The notes under the pieces are model-generated. The model did no database searches and was not told the DNA's origin. It worked only from the letters and a program-made list of their open reading frames with translations. A stretch of DNA of 64,000 nt, taken from the NCBI GenBank assembly GCA_038231275.1, contig JBBRLQ010000001.1, forward strand, positions 1 through 64,000. The letters run 5' to 3'. This DNA comes from Polyangiales bacterium (GTDB taxonomy: Bacteria > Myxococcota_A > Polyangia > Polyangiales > Polyangiaceae). The stretch's first letter is position 1; each line of letters starts with the position of its first letter. A program made the position numbers and the translations under genes. Positions 20,427 to 29,892 of this stretch are shown here, piece by piece.

Positions 20427-21206
20427 ATGCGACGCTCGCTCCGATTCCTTTTGCCCGCCACGCTCCTCGTTCTCGCCGCGCCCCTCCTCGCGCTCCTCCG
20501 CGGCGAGCGGCCGGCCCAAGCAACGACGGGCCCGCGCACGCCGGTCCTGGTCGAGCTCTTCACCTCCGAGGGATGCTCATCCTGTCCGCCCGCCGATCGC
20601 ACGCTCGCGCGCCTCGCCCACGATCAGCCGGTGGACGGTGCGCTCGTGGTGCCGATCGCGTGGCACGTCGACTACTGGGACTACATCGGCTGGAGCGATC
20701 CGTTCGCGACCAAGACGGCCACCGAACGCCAGAAGTCGTACGCGCAATGGATGGGCCGCAGCTCGCTCTACACGCCGCAAGCCGTCGTGGACGGACGCGT
20801 CGAGATGAACGGCGGCGACATGTCGTCGCTCTCGCGCGCGATCGACACGGCCGCGCGCGCGCCTCGCGTGAAGGTCACTCTGTCCGTTCGGACGGACGGC
20901 GACGGTCGCGTCGTGGAGATCGTCACGGGCCCTCTGCCCGCCGGAGCCGAGCCGTGCGACGTGCTCCTCGTCGTCGCCGAAAACGAAGCGCACGTCGAAG
21001 TTCCTCGTGGCGAAAACGCAGGACGCACCCTTGACCACATCGCGATCGCGCGCCAGCAGGTGGTCGCCGGGGCAGTGAACGCCTCCGGCGAAACACGCCT
21101 TCAGGCTCGAATTGGCTCAGCAAAACGCCCGTCGTCGGTCGTCGCGGTGGTCTCAGAGCGCCTCAGGCGAAAGGTTTGGGGGGTGGGCATCGTTCCTATG
21201 ATGTGA
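20427..21206 (+). CDS. Secreted DUF1223 thioredoxin-like protein
   Basis: VELFTSEGCSSCPPAD, HVDYWDYIGWSDPF, YTPQAVVDG, RGENAGRTL. Confidence 0.9.
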   Translation: MRRSLRFLLPATLLVLAAPLLALLRGERPAQATTGPRTPVLVELFTSEGCSSCPPADRTLARLAHDQPVDGALVVPIAWHVDYWDYIGWSDPFATKTATERQKSYAQWMGRSSLYTPQAVVDGRVEMNGGDMSSLSRAIDTAARAPRVKVTLSVRTDGDGRVVEIVTGPLPAGAEPCDVLLVVAENEAHVEVPRGENAGRTLDHIAIARQQVVAGAVNASGETRLQARIGSAKRPSSVVAVVSERLRRKVWGVGIVPMM

Positions 21207-22876
21207 GCGATTGGTCGAGCCAGAGGACTGCATGGTACGCTGGGGACTTCCAGAGGGCTTTCACCGTGGCCGACGGGTTCGACCCACGCCGGCGCTCCCA
21301 GGGGCGTATCGGCGCGGTCGTCAAGGACAAATGGCGTATCGACGCCCGCCTGGGGACGGGGGGGATGGCCACCGTGTACGCGGCGACGCACCGGAACGGC
21401 AACCGCGTCGCCATCAAGATGCTCAACATCGACTTCTCGCGCGAGCCGACGGTGCGCTCACGCTTCCTCCGCGAGGGGTACGTCGCCAACGCCGTCGGCC
21501 ACCCTGGCGCGGTGCGCGTGCTCGACGACGACATCGCCGAGGACGGCTGCGCGTTCCTGGTGATGGAGCTGCTCGAAGGCGAGTCGCTCGAGGCGCGGCG
21601 CGAGCGGGTCGGCGGACGACTGCCGATGCAGGAGGTGTTCACCGTCGGCGATCAACTCCTCGATCTCCTCGCCGCGGCGCACCCCAAGGGGATCATCCAC
21701 CGCGACATCAAGCCCGAGAACGTCTTCATTACGCACGACGGCAGCGTGAAGCTCCTCGACTTCGGGATCGCGCGCATGCGCGAATCGAGCGGCGTCGAGC
21801 GGACCGGCACCGGGCTCATGCTGGGCACGCCGGACTTCATGTCGCCCGAGCAAGCGAGCGGGCGCTCCGAGACGATCGACGCGCGGAGCGACATCTGGGC
21901 GGTCGGCGCGACGATGTTCACCCTCCTCTCGGGCCAGTCGGTGCACGTCTCCCAAACGCTTCGCGATCACCTCTACGCGACGGCGACGCGGCAAGCTCGG
22001 TCTCTAGGAATGGCGGCCCCCGACGTGGCGCGGCCGCTCGTCGGCGTCGTGGACCGTGCGCTGTCGCTCGACAAAGAGCGCCGCTGGCCGGACGCGCGCG
22101 CGATGCAAGACGCGCTGCGCTGGGCCTACAAGTCCGTCGTGCACGGCGACACGGACGCCGCGAGCGTCACCATGCACATGGCGCCGGTCGCCGAGATCGC
22201 GGACGAGGCCACGCGCGTCGAGCCCATGAGCATGGAACCGACGAGCGATCCGACGGTGATGCATCCTGTGCCGGCAGAGGCGCGCGGATACCCGGTTGAG
22301 AAGCCGCGCGTCGCGACGCCGGCGCCACCCACCGCGCCGCCGGGAACCGATCCGATCCCGCGCGGCTTCGTGCAGCAGCGCGCGCCGGCGCCGCCGGTGC
22401 ACGGGGCGCCGCAGCCCAATCTTCAGCCTCCGCCGGCGCAGGCGATGCAGGGTGGGTATCCGATGAACCCTGCCTGGCAGATGGGGCAGATGGGGCAGAT
22501 GGGGCAGATGGGGCAGAACGCGCAAGGGCCGTCGGACAGCGGCTCGATGCCCATCATGAACCCGTACTACCAACACGCGCAGGCTCCGTACGCGCAGCCT
22601 CCGTCGACGCTCGGCGCACAGTTCACCGATCCCCGACGTACCACCGGCGCGAGCGCACCGATGAACAGTCGCGGGAGGGCGCTGATCGTGGCGCTCGTCT
22701 TGCTCGTCATCGTCCTCGGCGCTCTGGCGACGCTGCTGCTCGTGGCAGGCCTGCGCGACGCCGCGTTTCCCCGGGCGCGATCCAGCCCGACGGTCGCTCC
22801 CTCGGCGCTGGGCGCTCCCTCGCCGACGTTCGCCGCCGCCGACGCCGCGCCTCCCGTGCTCGTGCCGGCTCCATAA
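21203..22876 (+). CDS. Ser/Thr protein kinase with Pro/Gln-rich linker and C-terminal TM
   Basis: GTGGMA, HRDIKPEN, DFG, GTPDFMSPE; GTGA overlap with upstream stop. Confidence 0.93.
   Translation: MSDWSSQRTAWYAGDFQRAFTVADGFDPRRRSQGRIGAVVKDKWRIDARLGTGGMATVYAATHRNGNRVAIKMLNIDFSREPTVRSRFLREGYVANAVGHPGAVRVLDDDIAEDGCAFLVMELLEGESLEARRERVGGRLPMQEVFTVGDQLLDLLAAAHPKGIIHRDIKPENVFITHDGSVKLLDFGIARMRESSGVERTGTGLMLGTPDFMSPEQASGRSETIDARSDIWAVGATMFTLLSGQSVHVSQTLRDHLYATATRQARSLGMAAPDVARPLVGVVDRALSLDKERRWPDARAMQDALRWAYKSVVHGDTDAASVTMHMAPVAEIADEATRVEPMSMEPTSDPTVMHPVPAEARGYPVEKPRVATPAPPTAPPGTDPIPRGFVQQRAPAPPVHGAPQPNLQPPPAQAMQGGYPMNPAWQMGQMGQMGQMGQNAQGPSDSGSMPIMNPYYQHAQAPYAQPPSTLGAQFTDPRRTTGASAPMNSRGRALIVALVLLVIVLGALATLLLVAGLRDAAFPRARSSPTVAPSALGAPSPTFAAADAAPPVLVPAP
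22478..22516 (+). repeat. In-frame 9-bp tandem repeat (CAGATGGGG)x4 encoding QMG
   Basis: Directly visible. Confidence 0.85.
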
Positions 22877-22927
22877 GACCCGCGGTCCGCGTCCAGTCAC
22901 GTCACGCTACGTGCTAACCTTGGCCGC

Positions 22928-23797
22928 GTGACCGAGGCGCTGCTCCAGGCGAACGACGCGCGCATCGACGTCGGCGGGGCACCGCAAATCGACGGGCTGA
23001 CGCTGCGCACGAGCGGCGCGCACGCGTTGATCCTCGGCGGCGCGGCGGCGCTGTTCGACGCGGTGAGCGGGACGCGCCGACCGTCTCGCGGCGCGGTCCT
23101 CGTGCGCGGAGAGCCCGCGGACGACGCGCTTCGTTCGGGGCGAGTCGCAGGTGCGCCGCTCGATCCGTCGATGCCGCCCAAGTGGACGCCACGGCAGTAC
23201 GCGCGATGGAGCGCACGCATCGCAGGCCACGATGCGGCCCTGGCGGCGACGCTCGCCGACGACGCGATCGAGCGGCTCGAGTTGCGCGCGATCGCCGACG
23301 CGACGCTGGCCAAAGCCGCGCCGCACGCGCGACGTGCGACGGTGCTGGCGGGCGCGCTGGCGACGGGCGCGCCTCTGATCGCGCTCGTCGATCCGACGGC
23401 GGGCCTCGCGGATGCGGTCGCGCGGAGCTTCGGCCGAATCGTCGTTGCAGCGCTCGAGGGCCGCGACTGGATCGTCTTCGCGGCGACGATGGCGCTTGGC
23501 TCCCCGATCGCGCTCGAGGCCGACGAAGCCATCGTGCTGTCCGGCTCGCAGGTCGCCGCGCAAGGCGCACCCGGAGAGCTCGCCGCGCGGGAGCGCACGT
23601 TCTCACTCAAGGTCGCCGGCGAGGTGAGCGCGCTGGCTGACGCGGTGGAGGCGCGCGGCGCGAGCGTCCACAGGAGCGCGTCGGTCTTGGTGATCGATCT
23701 CGGCGAGTCGCTCACGACCCGCGATCTCTTCAGCATGGCGCTCGAGTCGCGCGCGGTCATCGTGGAGCTGAGCCCGCTGACGCGCGCGCTCGGCTGA
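22928..23797 (+). CDS. ABC-ATPase-like protein with degenerate Walker motifs
   Basis: GLTL..., GAVLVRG, LAGALATGAPLIALVDPTAGL resemble an ABC fold, but GxxGxGK is absent. Confidence 0.6.
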   Translation: MTEALLQANDARIDVGGAPQIDGLTLRTSGAHALILGGAAALFDAVSGTRRPSRGAVLVRGEPADDALRSGRVAGAPLDPSMPPKWTPRQYARWSARIAGHDAALAATLADDAIERLELRAIADATLAKAAPHARRATVLAGALATGAPLIALVDPTAGLADAVARSFGRIVVAALEGRDWIVFAATMALGSPIALEADEAIVLSGSQVAAQGAPGELAARERTFSLKVAGEVSALADAVEARGASVHRSASVLVIDLGESLTTRDLFSMALESRAVIVELSPLTRALG

Positions 23798-23809
23798 GAA
23801 GGACGACGA

Positions 23810-24469
23810 ATGAACCCCAAGAACGAAGACGACATGACACGCAGCGCGCGTGCGCCCCTCGCGCGCCACGACCTCGGCCCCGGTCGCCTCGGGACGTACA
23901 GCGCGCTCGGCGCGGCGGCTGGCGCGGTGCCGCTCCCGTGGATCCCCGACGTCGTCGCGCGCCGAATTCGCGGCGCGCTCGCGCACGACATCGCGGGGCG
24001 GCACGGGTTGTCGCTCACGCGGGACGCGCGCAAGGTCCTCGCCGAGCCGAGCGGTGTGGAGGGGCCTCGTGGCTTCGCCGGACAAGCCTTGCAGTTCGTC
24101 GCCGGCAAGGTCTTGAGTCGCGTCGGGCCGTTCGGTCTCTTTGCGCCGCTCCGCAACGCCGCGCAGACGTTCGTGCTCGGTCACCTGTTTCACCGCTACC
24201 TCCAAGGCGCGCGCGAAGAGCGCAGCGTACGCATCGACGTCGCTGAGGCACGACGCGTGCGCCGCGCGATGGACCAAGCCCTCATCACTGCGCTCACGAC
24301 CGATGTTCGCGCCGAGTCCGACGGCGCCGCACACCCCACCGAGGATCTGAGAGATCAAGCGACGGTCCTCACCGACGGGCTCATCATCGGCGCGGCGAGC
24401 CTCCCCGGCTGGGCGGTGCGCCGCCTCGACGCCGCCTTCGACGAGGTCCTGCCGCGCACGAGCGGGTGA
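23810..24469 (+). CDS. Hypothetical protein (DUF697-like N-terminus)
   Basis: AAAGAVPLPWIPD motif; RBS present; operon context. Confidence 0.65.
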   Translation: MNPKNEDDMTRSARAPLARHDLGPGRLGTYSALGAAAGAVPLPWIPDVVARRIRGALAHDIAGRHGLSLTRDARKVLAEPSGVEGPRGFAGQALQFVAGKVLSRVGPFGLFAPLRNAAQTFVLGHLFHRYLQGAREERSVRIDVAEARRVRRAMDQALITALTTDVRAESDGAAHPTEDLRDQATVLTDGLIIGAASLPGWAVRRLDAAFDEVLPRTSG

Positions 24470-25536
24470 CCATGCCGAACGCGGAGAGAGCCAAGGTCCA
24501 ACGCGCCAAGCGGATCGTCGTCAAGATCGGCTCGCGCACGCTCGCCGGCGACATGGACGTCTACGCCCGCCTCGCCCGCGCGATCGCCGGCGCGCGCGCG
24601 GCGAAGCGCAGCGTCGTCGTCGTGTCGAGCGGCGCGATCGCACTCGGCACGAAGAAGCTCGGCTACCGCGCGCGACCCCGCGAGATGGCGCGCCTCCAGG
24701 CCGCGGCCGCCGCCGGGCAGAGCGTGCTCATGCGCGCGTACGAGGAGGCCCTCGGCGCCGTCGGCATCCCCGTCGCGCAGGTGCTCCTCACGCACGCCGA
24801 TCTCGCCGATCGCGTGCGCGCCAACAACGCGCGCGCCGCCCTCGCAGAGTTGCTCCTCGCCGGCGCGGTCCCGATCCTGAACGAGAACGATTCGGTCGCC
24901 GTCGAGGAGATCAAATTCGGCGACAACGACCAGCTCTCCGCGATGGTGGCGCCGCTCGTCGACGCCGATCTCCTGGTGCTCTTGAGCGACGTCGAAGGCC
25001 TCCTCGACGCAGGCGGCGCGCGCGTTCCGATCGTGCGCGACGTGGCGAAAGAGGCGCTGCCCCTCGTGCGCGCGACGAAGAGCGCCCTGGGCACCGGCGG
25101 CATGGCGAGCAAGGTCGAGGCGGCGCGGCGCGCGACGATGGCCGGCGCGCACGTGGTCATCGCCGACGCGCGCGCCGAGCACATCCTCGCCGAGGTCCTC
25201 GCTGGCGACGACGTGGGCACGCTCTTCTGTCCGACCGGCGAGCGCCTCTCCGCGCGCCGCTACTGGATCGCCTTCACGATTCGCCCTCACGGAGATCTCG
25301 TCCTCGATCGGGGAGCCGTGGCCGCGGTCACCGCCAAGGGCAAGAGCGTTCTTGCCGTCGGCGTCCTCGGCGTGCGCGGCGATTTTCGCGAGGGGGATTC
25401 GGTGCGCCTCGTGGACCCCGACGGCGTCGAGATCGGCCGAGGCCTCTCGCGCTGCTCGGCGGCGGTCGCGGCGGCGCGCGCGGGCCGCGAGGCCGAGGTC
25501 CTCGTGCACCGCGACGATCTCGTCCTCACACGTTGA
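24466..25536 (+). CDS. proB: Glutamate 5-kinase with PUA domain
   Basis: VVKIGS, VSSGA, AAAGQ, PILNENDSV, FGDND, GTGGMASK; C-terminal PUA. Confidence 0.96.
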   Translation: MTMPNAERAKVQRAKRIVVKIGSRTLAGDMDVYARLARAIAGARAAKRSVVVVSSGAIALGTKKLGYRARPREMARLQAAAAAGQSVLMRAYEEALGAVGIPVAQVLLTHADLADRVRANNARAALAELLLAGAVPILNENDSVAVEEIKFGDNDQLSAMVAPLVDADLLVLLSDVEGLLDAGGARVPIVRDVAKEALPLVRATKSALGTGGMASKVEAARRATMAGAHVVIADARAEHILAEVLAGDDVGTLFCPTGERLSARRYWIAFTIRPHGDLVLDRGAVAAVTAKGKSVLAVGVLGVRGDFREGDSVRLVDPDGVEIGRGLSRCSAAVAAARAGREAEVLVHRDDLVLTR

Positions 25537-25567
25537 CGGCGACCTGCTCGAGTCTCGCTAGTCTCGT

Positions 25568-26620
25568 CTAGCGCGCGTACGTGAGGAGCCAGTCGTAAAA
25601 CGAGACGTCGTACGGCGTCGTCCCCGGCGGCGACGCGACGAGCGGAAATTTCTGGGCATCCATCCCGGTGAGCTCGTACGCCGGGTCCCACGCGCTGTGA
25701 CCGACGTCCTTGAACAGCGTGTAGCGCGGCGCGATCGGAGCCGCTGGCGAGCACGCGACGAGCGTGTCGTACGATTTCGTCGCATGGTCGACGGCGGTGA
25801 CGACGTTGTCGACCGCGCCGTGGAAGTACCAGATCGGGATCTGCTTCCACGTGCACTCTTTGCCCTGCGTCGAGTACCAGCCCGACATGGGTGCCGCCGC
25901 CGCGATCTCTCCGCCCGCGTAGTCGCCGAGGTAGTTGTAGACGGGCGCGCCGCCGCCGGAGAGGCCGGTGAGGTAGATGCGCTTCACGTCGACTTGGTAA
26001 TTCTTCTTCGCGAAGTCGACGAAGTCGTGGACGCTCGCGCCGCCACGCTCGGTCATGCCGTTGCGGTCGTCCATCTGCGGCGAGAGGACGACGAAGCGCT
26101 TCTGCGGATCCCACGTTCCGTTCTTGATGTCCTTGGGCAGGCCGTCGCTTGCGACGTTCGGCAGATCCGTGGTGCCGTTGCCGCGCTGACCGTCGCCGTG
26201 AAAGAAGATGATGACAGGCCAGTCGTCGCGCGACGCGTACCCCGCAGGCACGTACTCGAGGTAGCCGAGCTTCGCGCAGGTACTCCCTTTGGTGTGCGCG
26301 GATTGGGTGCCCGGTGTCGGGACGACCGGAGGCGTGCACGCGCCTGGGCGCGGGAAGATGGCGCCGTCAGAGGTGTCGGCGCGCGCATCGGACGGACCGC
26401 CTGCCTCGCCATCACCCGGCGACGCTCCGTCACCGCCGCCCGACGACCCGGATGACCCGGACGAGCCGGACGAGCCGGACGAGCCCGCACCGTCGACGCC
26501 ACTCGAGCCCGCGTCGTCGAGGCCTGGCGTCGAGGACGACGACGCGTCCCCGCATCCGACGAACACGACGACCGCGACGAACGGCCCAAACGCAAGCAAC
26601 GACGCGCGCTTCATCGTCAT
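25568..26620 (-). CDS. Lipoprotein alpha/beta-hydrolase (predicted esterase/peptidase)
   Basis: Lipobox FVGC; PVIIFFHG, RIYLTGLSGGG (GxSxG), FHGAVD, GHSAW. Confidence 0.85.
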   Translation of the reverse strand: MTMKRASLLAFGPFVAVVVFVGCGDASSSSTPGLDDAGSSGVDGAGSSGSSGSSGSSGSSGGGDGASPGDGEAGGPSDARADTSDGAIFPRPGACTPPVVPTPGTQSAHTKGSTCAKLGYLEYVPAGYASRDDWPVIIFFHGDGQRGNGTTDLPNVASDGLPKDIKNGTWDPQKRFVVLSPQMDDRNGMTERGGASVHDFVDFAKKNYQVDVKRIYLTGLSGGGAPVYNYLGDYAGGEIAAAAPMSGWYSTQGKECTWKQIPIWYFHGAVDNVVTAVDHATKSYDTLVACSPAAPIAPRYTLFKDVGHSAWDPAYELTGMDAQKFPLVASPPGTTPYDVSFYDWLLTYAR

Positions 26621-26694
26621 TGGGTGTACGCGACGCGGCGCGCCCGAGCCGGCGATACTTTTCGCCTGCGCCACGCGCCTACACCATGCGCGCC

Positions 26695-29600
26695 TCACGG
26701 CGTCGCCGGCGGTCCTTGCACCGGACCGCGCTTGTTCGGAGGCAGATTCAAATCGAACGCCTGCGCGCCGCGCGACAACGTGTCCGACGCTTGCGTCAGC
26801 ATGTCGGGGCGAATCGCGACGTCGACGGGGCGCCCGCTGACCGAGCCGTGGCAGTTGCCGCAGAGCGCGTCGAAGAACTCGCGTCGGAACGACTGGTGCG
26901 CCTGCTCCCCCGGATAGAATACGAACGTCTCCTTCTGGAAGCGCGGGATGTTCTTCTTCTTCGAGTCGTCGGTGTCGGGCAGGTGGAAGAGGAAGGGCAG
27001 ACCGCCGGGCATCGTGAAGTGCGTCGACGAGTCCGCCGCGACAGGCACGTTGCCGAGCAAGCGACGCCGCACGTACACCTTGCCGAACGCGTCGGAGACC
27101 ACGTTCGCGCCACCGCTGTCGAAGCTCGTCACGCCGTTGTCGGGCGGGAGATCCTCGTACACGTCGAACGCGTTGAACTTCTCGACCGTGCGCCCCGTCG
27201 GCGTGTTCTGGAAGAGGAGCGATGCGAGCGCCGCGCTGTCGAGGACGTACACGTCGGCCGCGCTCTGGCCCTCGTTCACCTGCGTGTGGCCGTTCGGCTC
27301 CTCGAGGCTCGAGCGGAAGAGTCCCTTCGCGGGTCGGGCATACACGGCGACCGCCTCGATCTCCGCGCTCCCCGCCTCGCCGAGCAACTTCGTCTTGGCG
27401 CCCGTGACCGGATCCATCACGTAGAGATCGTAGTCGCCGCCGAACGCGCCAAGGTCGCTCGCGGCGCCGAAGCTCACGAGCATTTTCGCGCCGGGGAGCG
27501 GCGACGGGGACGTGTACGCGCCGCTCGTCGCCTGCTTCACGTGCCCCGACGCGGTCGCGTCCGGCAGCTTGAGCGAGTGCAGGAAGAACTGCGGCTCGAG
27601 CGACATCGGCGACGTCGGATCGACGACCCCCGGATCCACGAGAAAATCAGCCGGATCGTTGCTCGTGAAGTCGACGCCGAGCGAACGATTGAAGACGCCG
27701 ATGGTGCCGCCCGCGTGGGGCGCGTCCTTGTCGCGGAAGATCGCGGCGAAGTTCTTGTCGGCGAGCTCCACGACGTACATCGCCTCGTGGTAGCCGATCG
27801 ATCCGCGCTGCGCGTAGAGCGGGTGGTAGTCACCGCCGTCGACGTTCACGCGGCGGAGCGCGAGCTGGTAGAAGCCCGGCGACCGCTTCTCGGCGCTCAG
27901 GATGACGCGCCCGTCGCTCATGAAGCTCGGGAGCCGCTCGGTGTTGAGGAGGAACGTCAGCTGCCGAATGCGCGTGGCCCCCGCTTGCCCGGGCGACGGC
28001 TCGAAGACGTACAGGTTCGCGTTGGGCTTCGTCGGATCGGACGGCGTGCGCTGAGGTCCCGAGTAGTCGTACGTGTCGCCGGCCGCGCGGGGTCCCTGCG
28101 CGGCGGTGTCCCAGTTGCCGCGCGTCGACGCGAAGACCAAGTGCGAGGCGCCGGCATCATCGGGAGGGCTGTAGGCAGGATCGAAGTTGTGGATGAAGAG
28201 GCCGTTCTGCTGCGCGTCCGATCCCGCGTTGATCGCGACGTGCGCCTTGCAGCCCGTGCCGTCGGCGTTCATCTCGTAGATCTTCAGCGGCGCCGACGCG
28301 CTCGAACGCGCCGCGAAAGCGACCAGTTTCCCGTCCCACGACACGGCCGGCCGCTTGATGTCGGCGGTCGCGACGTCGAGCCCGCACCCGGAGGTGACCG
28401 AAGCGTCGGCGGCCACGGTCACGTCGCCCGTGGCCGTCATCGTCGCCGCGACTCGCCGCAGATCGGCGCCAGGCGCATACGTGTCGAAGTCCTGCGCGCG
28501 ATCGGGCAACGCGCCGAGGGGCCGCTTCACGTAGACGATCGCCGTCATCGGATCGAGCTTGCGGACCGCCCTCTCGCGCACGAGCCACTCACGCACGACG
28601 CAATAGGCCGGGATCTTGTCGAGCCCCTTGTCGAAGTCGAACGGCGCCGCGATCGCCAGCGCGTCGCATGCGGCAGGTGACGCCGGATCTTTCCCGAAGT
28701 CCTCGAGGAGCGGCCCGCCGCGGTGTGCGATCCCCTGCCCGTTCGTCTGGAGCTCGGGCCGATACAAGTTCTTGCGCACGAGGCGGCTCGCGGTCGGATC
28801 GTCGCTCTCGAGCGCGAGCTGCGCGATCGACAGCGCGTAGTTGCGCCGCGTCGCGCTGAGCGAGAAGCTCCCGCCCGATCCACCGCGCAGTCGGTAATCG
28901 TGGAACATCGCGGCCGAGTGGCACTGCAGCATCATGCAGCCCTTCTTGACGAGGATCGGCTGCACCTTGTGCGCAAAGAAATCGAAGCCCGCGTCGGTCG
29001 CGTCGACCTTGGGCGGTCCGTGCTCCTTCGCCCACGCGCTGAGGGCCTGGTAGCCGTCATCGCCCTGCGCGGGGAAAATGACGCCCCCTTCGTGGAAGGA
29101 TCCTCCTTGCGAGGGCGACAGCGGGCGCCGCAAGAGCTCGCTCTGCTCGGGGCTCTGCGCGAGGTAGTCCTGCGCGACGAAGAAGTTCCAGCGCTTCTGC
29201 TCCGGCGTATCGCCACACGTCAGATACAGCTCGTTCGCCGCGGTGCCGTGGCAGTTGCCGGCGGCGCACGTCTTCTTGATGACGTCCGACACTTTGCCCT
29301 GGAACGTCCCGAAATCCGGGTTCGGCGGGTCCTTCGTCGGATCGAACCCCACGGCGGCCGGCACGTTGCCCGAGCACGGCGTCCGCACCGCCGACGGCGG
29401 GGACGCGCCGGAATTGTTCTCGGTTGCTCCGTTCTCGATCCAGCGGCGCAGCGTCTGGTACGCCGTCGCCGTCGGATCCAAAATTGGACCGCCGGTGTGC
29501 TTGATGTCGGTCGTGATGCCGACCTTCTGCCCGTCGTAGGTCTGCACCTCGACCGCGAAGGGCGGGACGTTCTTCACGAGGAATGCCGGCTGCCCGTACG

Positions 29601-29871
29601 GGCCGTAGTCGAGGAGCAAATCACGCCGTCGCGCGACGCCTGCGTACGTCGATGCGTCGAGGTTGCCGAACGCGTTCCCCTTGTCGCTCGCGACGTGGCA
29701 GCCGACGCCTGTGTTCGTCCGCACGCACGACGTCACCAGGACCGGCGAGATCGTCCGATTGAAGAACGACGTGTCCTGCGGCTCCTTCTTGGTGCACGCC
29801 GCCGAGACGACGAGCGCCGTCGCGGCCGAAAGGACGCTCGCGATGAAGGTGGATGATCTCGCCAAAGCCAA
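26695..29871 (-). CDS. Multiheme lipoprotein: three cytochrome-like domains, TolB-like propeller, hydrazine-synthase-alpha-like region
   Basis: Lipobox SAAC; CX8CH, CX4CH, CX4CH each followed by HxGG; PAVSWDGKLVAFA; FYPGE...CGNCH. Confidence 0.8.
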   Translation of the reverse strand: MALARSSTFIASVLSAATALVVSAACTKKEPQDTSFFNRTISPVLVTSCVRTNTGVGCHVASDKGNAFGNLDASTYAGVARRRDLLLDYGPYGQPAFLVKNVPPFAVEVQTYDGQKVGITTDIKHTGGPILDPTATAYQTLRRWIENGATENNSGASPPSAVRTPCSGNVPAAVGFDPTKDPPNPDFGTFQGKVSDVIKKTCAAGNCHGTAANELYLTCGDTPEQKRWNFFVAQDYLAQSPEQSELLRRPLSPSQGGSFHEGGVIFPAQGDDGYQALSAWAKEHGPPKVDATDAGFDFFAHKVQPILVKKGCMMLQCHSAAMFHDYRLRGGSGGSFSLSATRRNYALSIAQLALESDDPTASRLVRKNLYRPELQTNGQGIAHRGGPLLEDFGKDPASPAACDALAIAAPFDFDKGLDKIPAYCVVREWLVRERAVRKLDPMTAIVYVKRPLGALPDRAQDFDTYAPGADLRRVAATMTATGDVTVAADASVTSGCGLDVATADIKRPAVSWDGKLVAFAARSSASAPLKIYEMNADGTGCKAHVAINAGSDAQQNGLFIHNFDPAYSPPDDAGASHLVFASTRGNWDTAAQGPRAAGDTYDYSGPQRTPSDPTKPNANLYVFEPSPGQAGATRIRQLTFLLNTERLPSFMSDGRVILSAEKRSPGFYQLALRRVNVDGGDYHPLYAQRGSIGYHEAMYVVELADKNFAAIFRDKDAPHAGGTIGVFNRSLGVDFTSNDPADFLVDPGVVDPTSPMSLEPQFFLHSLKLPDATASGHVKQATSGAYTSPSPLPGAKMLVSFGAASDLGAFGGDYDLYVMDPVTGAKTKLLGEAGSAEIEAVAVYARPAKGLFRSSLEEPNGHTQVNEGQSAADVYVLDSAALASLLFQNTPTGRTVEKFNAFDVYEDLPPDNGVTSFDSGGANVVSDAFGKVYVRRRLLGNVPVAADSSTHFTMPGGLPFLFHLPDTDDSKKKNIPRFQKETFVFYPGEQAHQSFRREFFDALCGNCHGSVSGRPVDVAIRPDMLTQASDTLSRGAQAFDLNLPPNKRGPVQGPPATP

Positions 29872-29887
29872 GCCTCCGCTGAGGCTT
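29870..29887 (-). promoter_or_regulatory. Hairpin covering the RBS and TTG start of the 1058-aa gene
   Basis: Minus strand AAGCCTC-AGCG-GAGGCTT-G; GGAGG and TT lie in or at the stem. Confidence 0.45.
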
Positions 29888-29892
29888 CTATC

